A stretch of 64,000 nt of DNA from a bacterium (GTDB lineage: Bacteria > Patescibacteriota > Patescibacteriia > Magasanikbacterales > GWA2-37-8), in the NCBI GenBank assembly GCA_043810165.1, contig JBDROJ010000027.1:36974-100973 (forward strand), in the 5' to 3' direction. Below, in pieces: positions 58,589 to 64,000 of this stretch (position 1 is the first letter of the stretch; each line of letters starts with the position of its first letter). The translations under genes and the position numbers were made by a program. The notes under the pieces were generated by a model. It worked only from the letters and a program-made list of their open reading frames with translations, did not search any database and was not told the origin of the DNA.

Positions 58589-60469
58589 ATGAATAACGAA
58601 CATGAAATAGTTATATTGGATTTTGGCTCCCAATATACACATCTTATTGCCCGTCGTATTCGCGAATTGGGCTTGGTTTCGCATATTTATGATAATGATA
58701 CGCCTGTAAGCCAATTAGATAATGCAGTTGGCATAATACTATCCGGAGGACCTAAAAGCGTGCTGAACCAACAGCGACTTGATTATGATCCAAGACTTTT
58801 TGATTTAAATCTGCCAATTTTGGGAATGTGCTATGGACATCAATTAATTACTCAACATTTTGGCGGACAAGTTGTGTCCGGAAAAAGCAGAGAATACGGC
58901 CTGGCCAAAATAAAAACAAAGCCCTGCTCCCTGTTTGAACAAGTGGACTCGCAAACTCAAGTATGGATGAGCCATGGAGATCATGTAGCCGAACTGCCTC
59001 CGGGATTTGAATCTATTGCTATTACTAATAACGATGCCAACACGGCCATGGCCAATACGGATAAAAATATCTACAGCCTGCAATTTCATCCGGAAGTAAC
59101 TCATACAACTCAAGGCAAACAGATGCTGTCCAATTTCATATTTAACATCTGTAAAGCTGAAAGAAATTGGACTACAAATAAAATGTTGGAACAAATTCAA
59201 TCTGAAATTAAACAACAAGCTGGATATAAAAATATTTTTCTCTTAATTAGCGGTGGAGTTGATTCCACGGTTTGTTTTGCTTTATTAGAAAAAACCTTGG
59301 GCAAAAAACGAGTCTATGGCCTGCATATTGATCATGGTTTGATGCGTTTAAATGAATCGGCACAAGTTAATCAAGCTTTGAAAAATATCGGATTAGATGA
59401 CCTTCATATTTACAATGCTGAAAAGCAATATTTGCATGCTCTTGACGGCGTGGCCGATCCTGAACAAAAGCGAAAAATTATTGGAGATTTGTTTTTAGAC
59501 ATAGCTGGCCAGGTTATGGTTAAAAATGGCATGGATGACGGGCAATGGCTATTGGGCCAAGGCACAATTTATCCGGACACCGTTGAATCTGGCGGTACCA
59601 AACAAGCTGATTTAATCAAAACTCATCATAATCGTGTTCCTCGAGTGCAAGAAATGATTGCTCAAGGAAAAATCATTGAACCAATCAGAGAATTGTACAA
59701 AGACGAAGTGCGTCAAATCGGCCTTAAACTAGGATTGCCAAAAAATCTGCTTTATCGCCATCCTTTTCCTGGCCCTGGTTTGGGGATTAGATGTTTGTGT
59801 TCAGATGGCTTATCATTGTCAGCCCGAAGGGCGATGCAATCCCGTCTTATCCCTGTCATTGCGAGCGTAAGCGAAGCAAGCCCGTTATTACAGAACCAAC
59901 AGGATTGCTTCGCTTACGCTCGCAATGACAAAGAAAAACAGACTCTCAATAACAAATTTTACAAACTACCTATTAAATCAGTGGGTGTGCAAGGTGATGA
60001 GCGTTCTTATGCTTATCCGGCGTTAATAAATAAACTTGATTGGGAAGAACTGCGCGTTATTGCACCGCAAATTACCAATCAGCATCAAGACATTAATCGC
60101 GTTTTAGTTTTGGTTTCAGGTAATCCAGATAAAATTGCACAATCAGATTTAAAGCCTGCATATATAACAAAACAAAGGCTTGAACTTTTGCGCCAAATTG
60201 ATCACATAGTGAATAAGAATATTCTTAACAATCCCGATTGTTCTCACATATGGCAATTGCCCGTAGTAATGATTCCTTTTGGTTATAATAAGAAAGAAAC
60301 CGTCGTCTTAAGACCGGTTGAATCAGAAGAAGCCATGACTGTATCTTGGGCGCAAATTTCCGATGGTATTTTAAATGAAATTATACAGGAGATTAACCGG
60401 CTTGAAGCAGTTGATTTTATCATGTATGATATTACCAATAAACCACCAGGTACAATTGAGTGGGAATGA
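58589..60469 (+). CDS. guaA: GMP synthase (glutamine-hydrolysing) carrying an in-frame palindromic-element insertion
   Basis: GATase domain (GMCYGHQL). PP-loop SGGVDSTV. C-terminal dimerisation region (KSVGVQGDERSY). At 626 aa it is ~100 aa longer than typical, and includes the repeat-encoded segment PVIASVSEASPLLQNQQDCFAYARNDKEKQ. Confidence 0.9.
   Translation: MNNEHEIVILDFGSQYTHLIARRIRELGLVSHIYDNDTPVSQLDNAVGIILSGGPKSVLNQQRLDYDPRLFDLNLPILGMCYGHQLITQHFGGQVVSGKSREYGLAKIKTKPCSLFEQVDSQTQVWMSHGDHVAELPPGFESIAITNNDANTAMANTDKNIYSLQFHPEVTHTTQGKQMLSNFIFNICKAERNWTTNKMLEQIQSEIKQQAGYKNIFLLISGGVDSTVCFALLEKTLGKKRVYGLHIDHGLMRLNESAQVNQALKNIGLDDLHIYNAEKQYLHALDGVADPEQKRKIIGDLFLDIAGQVMVKNGMDDGQWLLGQGTIYPDTVESGGTKQADLIKTHHNRVPRVQEMIAQGKIIEPIRELYKDEVRQIGLKLGLPKNLLYRHPFPGPGLGIRCLCSDGLSLSARRAMQSRLIPVIASVSEASPLLQNQQDCFAYARNDKEKQTLNNKFYKLPIKSVGVQGDERSYAYPALINKLDWEELRVIAPQITNQHQDINRVLVLVSGNPDKIAQSDLKPAYITKQRLELLRQIDHIVNKNILNNPDCSHIWQLPVVMIPFGYNKKETVVLRPVESEEAMTVSWAQISDGILNEIIQEINRLEAVDFIMYDITNKPPGTIEWE
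59852..59931. repeat. palindromic repeat element (family 1) inserted in frame within guaA
   Basis: CTGTCATTGCGAGCGTAAGCGAAGCAA ... TTGCTTCGCTTACGCTCGCAATGACAA with a 25-nt loop. The guaA ORF reads through without a stop. Confidence 0.8.
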
Positions 60470-60545
60470 TTTATGCTATATGCAAAATCTAGAAGAAACA
60501 AAAAAAGAATAATTAAACCTTTACAGAAACTTAGAGTTTGTAATT

Positions 60546-60577
60546 AAAACATCCCGATTGATTCGGGATGTTTTTTT
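60546..60577. terminator. bidirectional rho-independent terminator
   Basis: AAAACATCCCGATTgATTCGGGATGTTTTTTT. Confidence 0.65.
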
Positions 60578-60587
60578 AATTTTTCTC

Positions 60588-61235
60588 TTACTTCTTCTTT
60601 TTGGCTGAAGCTTTTTTAGGTGCGACTTTTTTAGAAGCAACTTTTTTCGCGACTTTTTTTGGCTCTGCCTTTTTTACAGTTTTTGCCTTTTTCTCTTTTA
60701 CAAGTTTTCCAATCTTTGCTTGCTTGTTAATTCCCGGCTTCTCTATGTTATTTACAGCGTCATTTGGGCTTAATATTTTTATAAGCTTATCCATTTTAGC
60801 GTTTAACATCTTAATTTGATCCATAACCTCTCCAGAATCCTTACTGCCGGTTCCGCCCTTTTCAAAACAATTATTGCAATAAATAGGCTTGCTGGTCATT
60901 GGTCTAAAAGGTATTTGGCAGTCATTTCCGCACTTAGCGCAAACTGCATTATACATTTGCTTGTCTTCAAAACGAGGCCTCTGGCGTCTTTCTTGGCTGA
61001 AACTATTGGATCTACCACTGCCACCGCCTTGTTTTTCAAAACAATCACTGCAAAATACTGGCCTGCTTCCGGTTGGCTTGAAAGGGATTTCACAACTATT
61101 GCCACAGTCGCTACAAGTAGCTCTGTGCATGGCAGGTCTGCCACCACTGTCTCTTCCACCATACCTATTTCCGCCACTAGATCCACGGCTAAAGCCATTA
61201 CTTGATCTTTTATTATCTCGATTAAAACTTCCCAT
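60588..61235 (-). CDS. putative nucleic-acid-binding protein: N-terminal RGG/Gly-Arg-rich region, two tandem CxxC...CxxC zinc ribbons, C-terminal lysine-rich histone H1-like tail
   Basis: Two repeats of C..CG..C.IPF.P....P.(F/Y)C..CFEK. N-terminus SNGFSRGSSGGNRYGGRDSGGR. C-terminus KKAKTVKKAEPKKVAKKVASKKVAPKKASAKKKK. Confidence 0.55.
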   Translation of the reverse strand: MGSFNRDNKRSSNGFSRGSSGGNRYGGRDSGGRPAMHRATCSDCGNSCEIPFKPTGSRPVFCSDCFEKQGGGSGRSNSFSQERRQRPRFEDKQMYNAVCAKCGNDCQIPFRPMTSKPIYCNNCFEKGGTGSKDSGEVMDQIKMLNAKMDKLIKILSPNDAVNNIEKPGINKQAKIGKLVKEKKAKTVKKAEPKKVAKKVASKKVAPKKASAKKKK

Positions 61236-61318
61236 ACATTAATATTTAAATTACTTAAAATGTAATTTGACTAATTTTAGCACAATTTTAAATAAAAAGC
61301 AATAGCAAAGTCGGATTA

Positions 61319-62323
61319 TTAATTTTTACCGGCTAATTGTCCGCAAGCCGCATTTATATCTATGCCAAAGCCATGGCGCTGAGTTACCTTAATTCCCTTA
61401 TTTAATAAGGTATTTTTAAAAACATTCATGGCATACGCAGATGACGGCTTGTATTTCCCAGTTGGATTATAACGAATTAGATTAACCATATAGAGCGGAT
61501 GGCTCATAAGTTCGCCCAATTCCACGGCATGGCACTCGCTATCATTTATATCATCTATCATCAAGTACTCAAACATAACTTGCCTTGATCTATTGTTTAC
61601 ATAATTCTCTATAGCGGACATCAATTTTTTTAATGGATACTGATTATTTACGGGCATAAGCTCTGAACGAAGCTTGTCGTTTGGAGCATGCAATGAAATG
61701 GCCAAATTAATCTGCATTTTCTCCTTGGCAAATTTATTTATTTCATTAATCAAACCACATGTAGAAATTGAGATACGACGCGCGCCAATATTAAAGCCGT
61801 CATTGTCATTAATTAATTTGGCTGATTCCATCACATTGTCATAATTCAAAAACGGCTCCCCCATTCCCATATATACCACATTTGTAACTCTGCTCGGGCC
61901 ATTTTTGTCATCATGCAGGTATCGTTGCCAAAATAAAACCTGCTCCGCGATTTCACTGGCTTGTAAATTTCTTTTATAGCCCATTTTGCCGGTAGCGCAA
62001 AAATCACATCCCATTGGACAGCCCACTTGAGATGAGATGCAGACAGTGGCTCTGCCATCTTCATGCTTCATTAAAACTGTTTCAACTTTTAGTCCATCTT
62101 GGAAGGTTATCAAAGCTTTTACAGTTTCACTATTTTTTGAACCGATTATCTCTGACTTTATTTCCAGCGGACATTCAAGATTCAAAACCTCGCGCAAAGA
62201 CAATGACAAAGTTGTATTATCATTCCAATCAGAAATAAGGTCCACAAAAATCGCTTTAAAAACTTGTTTAAAACGAAACTTTGGCTGATCTGCCAATATA
62301 TTTTTTATGTCTTTTAAATTCAT
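61319..62323 (-). CDS. rlmN: radical SAM 23S rRNA/tRNA adenine C2-methyltransferase RlmN/Cfr family
   Basis: CxxxCxxC motif GCPMGCDFCATG, the GMGEP SAM motif, and the C-terminal Cys (NAACGQL). Confidence 0.85.
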   Translation of the reverse strand: MNLKDIKNILADQPKFRFKQVFKAIFVDLISDWNDNTTLSLSLREVLNLECPLEIKSEIIGSKNSETVKALITFQDGLKVETVLMKHEDGRATVCISSQVGCPMGCDFCATGKMGYKRNLQASEIAEQVLFWQRYLHDDKNGPSRVTNVVYMGMGEPFLNYDNVMESAKLINDNDGFNIGARRISISTCGLINEINKFAKEKMQINLAISLHAPNDKLRSELMPVNNQYPLKKLMSAIENYVNNRSRQVMFEYLMIDDINDSECHAVELGELMSHPLYMVNLIRYNPTGKYKPSSAYAMNVFKNTLLNKGIKVTQRHGFGIDINAACGQLAGKN

Positions 62324-62393
62324 AATTATTATTTTAAAAATGGCTGTTAGAGAACTAGTTTAGCACAGGATCAAACAGATATCAAACATATTA

Positions 62394-62432
62394 AAAACAC
62401 CCCGATATACATCGCGGTGTTCTTAATATTGT
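62394..62432 (-). terminator. rho-independent terminator of cspA (minus strand)
   Basis: On the minus strand: ACACCGCGATgtaTATCGGGGTGT followed by TTTTT. Confidence 0.6.
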
Positions 62433-62442
62433 GTGATAACAA

Positions 62443-62646
62443 TTAGGCGATTCTCTTAACTTTCACTGCGCTAAGCCCTTTTGGACCTTCTTCAACTTCA
62501 AATTCTACTTTGTCGCCTTCTCGAAGATCATTGTATGTTACGTCTACAAGCTCGTTTGAGTGAAAGAAAAGATCTTTTTCTTCACCTTCGCGAGTGATGA
62601 AACCAAACCCCTTATCGGTAAGTCTGGCAATTACACCTTGTTGCAT
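62443..62646 (-). CDS. cspA: cold-shock protein (CspA family)
   Basis: MQQGVIARLTDKGFGFI RNP1 motif. 67 aa. Confidence 0.9.
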   Translation of the reverse strand: MQQGVIARLTDKGFGFITREGEEKDLFFHSNELVDVTYNDLREGDKVEFEVEEGPKGLSAVKVKRIA

Positions 62647-62851
62647 ATTTTGTAAAACAAATGAATAACTTGTCCGCTTGTGGCGGAGCTATCAAATCCA
62701 GTATGGTTCCAAACTCGACTTTGCTTGTTCTACAAAACTGATTTTGACATTAATATTATAGCATATTTAAGCTGATTTGTCAAGTATAAACCCATTTTGG
62801 GTACTAAAAAGCCGAGTTATAAACAAAAACAGGCAATTTAACTAGTATAAT

Positions 62852-63121
62852 TTACTTATCCCAGAACTCTTCTGCCTCTTTCTCTAATTTCTCTAATCTA
62901 TCATAATAGTCTGGAAATTCATTCAAATGCGCCAGAGCTATCTTGCCGGTCATAAGCGGTTCGTCTCCGGTAACATCTGTTTTTGGATCCCTGGTGCCAT
63001 GCTCTAACTCAACATTTACCCCCATCCAAAATTGGTTGAGATCAAATTTTTCATTATTAAAATCCATTTCCAATTTCTTGGATATTTCTTCTGCTTCTTG
63101 CAAACTAAACTTTTCCTTCAT
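62852..63121 (-). CDS. small acidic hypothetical protein
   Basis: 89-aa ORF (FWMGVNVELEHG...). No family recognised. Confidence 0.4.
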   Translation of the reverse strand: MKEKFSLQEAEEISKKLEMDFNNEKFDLNQFWMGVNVELEHGTRDPKTDVTGDEPLMTGKIALAHLNEFPDYYDRLEKLEKEAEEFWDK

Positions 63122-63244
63122 ATATATTGTATTAAATTAAATATTAAAATATTGCTTAGATCCTTTAATCATTATACACCTCTTAAACAAATAAAAGAAA
63201 TAAAGAAGCCGTATAACCCAAAAATAAATCAGGTTATACGGCAA

Positions 63245-63535
63245 TGTGGGCTTTAATCTGAGTTCGCGATGCGTCGCTGGGCTACTTTTCACCATGTGAT
63301 AAATGCAACTAGGACCGAAGTCCTTGGTTGCAAGTAAAGACTCGCACGGATCTAACGCATTGGCTAGCGCAGACTCTGCCCGGCTCAGCGGACCTAAAGG
63401 CCAGTTGGCCACCACCCCACAGGTGACTTACTGAGTACTGGGCTCCACGTATGGAGCCTAGTCAGGATTGTACCCGAGCCCACGAGTACTTTTCTCTTGA
63501 CTCCAAGAGTCAAAGAGATTCCAGAGGGGTCAATA
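63245..63535 (+). other. GC-rich (~55%) non-coding segment densely packed with hairpins; candidate structured ncRNA or clustered palindromic repeats
   Basis: No ORF of 60 aa or longer on the + strand. The single 92-aa ORF on the - strand has low-complexity composition. Consecutive stems: GGACCGAAGUCC, GGCCAGUUGGCC, GGCUCCACGUAUGGAGCC, the long-range UACUGGGCUC...GAGCCCA pair, and a preceding 11-bp hairpin GCCGTATAACC/GGTTATACGGC at 63209-63243. Confidence 0.45.
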
Positions 63536-63669
63536 TATATAATGGCACTTATTAGCAATATTTGTCAATTATTATAATTATATTTTAATAATTTTATCCT
63601 GAAAAATAAGCCTAGATCTTGACTTTATCATAGTTCTGTGATTAACTTAAGACTCAAAGGAGGAACAGG

Positions 63670-63879
63670 ATGTTTGATAATCAATCACTGAATCAGGCCG
63701 TGATCTTCGGGATCATGGGCGAGCACTTTGTCAGCCGTAAGATAGTGCTGGCAGTCAATCTCTTTGAGCGTGTGATCTTCTGCATACCCAACTGGTTGAG
63801 AGAAGATCTCCGCAGGAGGGAAATTCTCACCAATATGGTGGCTGAAAAAATGAAGAAGCCAATCGAGTTCAAACACTGA
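63670..63879 (+). CDS. small hypothetical ORF with strong SD (AAAGGAGGAACAGGATG)
   Basis: 69-aa ORF in a moderately GC-rich segment. Followed by two hairpins at ~63905-63935 and ~63948-63975. Confidence 0.3.
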   Translation: MFDNQSLNQAVIFGIMGEHFVSRKIVLAVNLFERVIFCIPNWLREDLRRREILTNMVAEKMKKPIEFKH

Positions 63880-64000
63880 GGTCGTGAAAAGCGACTGACC
63901 ATACCTGCCCCGGTAATCATCGGGGCAGGTGTATCTATACTAAATTCTAAAACCCCCCGATATAAATCGAGGGGTTAATATTTTTAATTATTTTTTCTTT

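Noticed and set aside
58844-59218. 124-aa minus-strand ORF inside guaA
   Set aside because: Antisense to the conserved GATase domain of guaA.
60816-61242. Three overlapping ORFs (129, 117 and 100 aa) in other frames across the zinc-ribbon gene
   Set aside because: They are alternative-frame artefacts of a Gly/Ser/Ala/Lys-rich low-complexity gene. The minus-strand frame at 60588..61235 has duplicated Cys ribbons and is the coherent product.
63137-63415. 92-aa minus-strand ORF over the GC-rich hairpin region
   Set aside because: Its composition is dominated by the palindromes (PLGPLSRAESALANALDP). It has no SD, and the N-terminal part runs into AT-rich intergenic DNA. It is more likely non-coding.
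63245-63535. RNase P RNA or SRP RNA identity for the structured segment
   Set aside because: Partial resemblances exist: GGGCUCCA, and CCCGGCU like the P4 3' strand. But the order of elements is wrong for RNase P, the 5' P4 partner is missing, and the SRP domain IV motif GGAAGGAAGCAGC is absent on both strands. The segment was left unclassified.

Overview
Low-GC (~33-35%) bacterial chromosome segment with a Patescibacteria/CPR-like streamlined gene set: small proteins, dense operons, and few Shine-Dalgarno sites. The recognisable housekeeping content, in order, is:
- SAM methyltransferase and thiI.
- An iscR-like regulator, iscS, iscU and a ferredoxin.
- rsmI, metG, cvpA and tatD.
- A complete F1Fo ATP synthase operon (atpZ-B-E-F-H-A-G-D-C) carrying several extra small ORFs.
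- An MsbA-like ABC exporter with a methyltransferase, a GT2 glycosyltransferase and a large membrane protein.
- A UvrD-family helicase with a fused C-terminal Cas4/RecB-like nuclease, followed by a DUF721/DciA-like gene.
- mreBCD and PBP2.
- greA, lysS, a TagD-like cytidylyltransferase, an RdgB-NUDIX fusion, serS, alr, an FtsQ-like gene and xerC/D.
- On the minus strand: ddl, an M23 peptidase, gltX, a SpoU methyltransferase and a TagA-like gene.
- clpB.
- A minus-strand block of four hypothetical envelope proteins.
- smpB followed by a tmRNA gene.
- infC-rpmI-rplT, guaB and guaA.
- A zinc-ribbon/RGG/H1-tail protein, rlmN and cspA.

No rRNA, tRNA or CRISPR array was seen.

The most unusual signals:
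1. A family of GC-rich nested palindromic repeat elements. Four full copies lie at about 18.4, 43.5, 54.6 and 59.9 kb, and one half-copy at 46.4 kb. Two copies are inserted IN FRAME inside conserved genes (guaA and the TagA-like gene), reminiscent of Rickettsia palindromic elements.
2. Several GC-rich (~50%) islets in an AT-rich backbone. They carry orphan or fragmentary ORFs (including a truncated cytidine deaminase) and a ~300-nt heavily structured non-coding segment.
3. The isc operon is split by an antisense GC-rich two-ORF islet.
4. The ATP synthase operon carries 3-4 lineage-specific inserted ORFs.
5. A long coiled-coil repeat protein, a Wzz-like protein, a degenerate HtrA/PDZ protein and a membrane protein form an uncharacterised minus-strand cluster.

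All calls come from reading motifs in the translated ORFs and the nucleotide sequence. No database searches were run.
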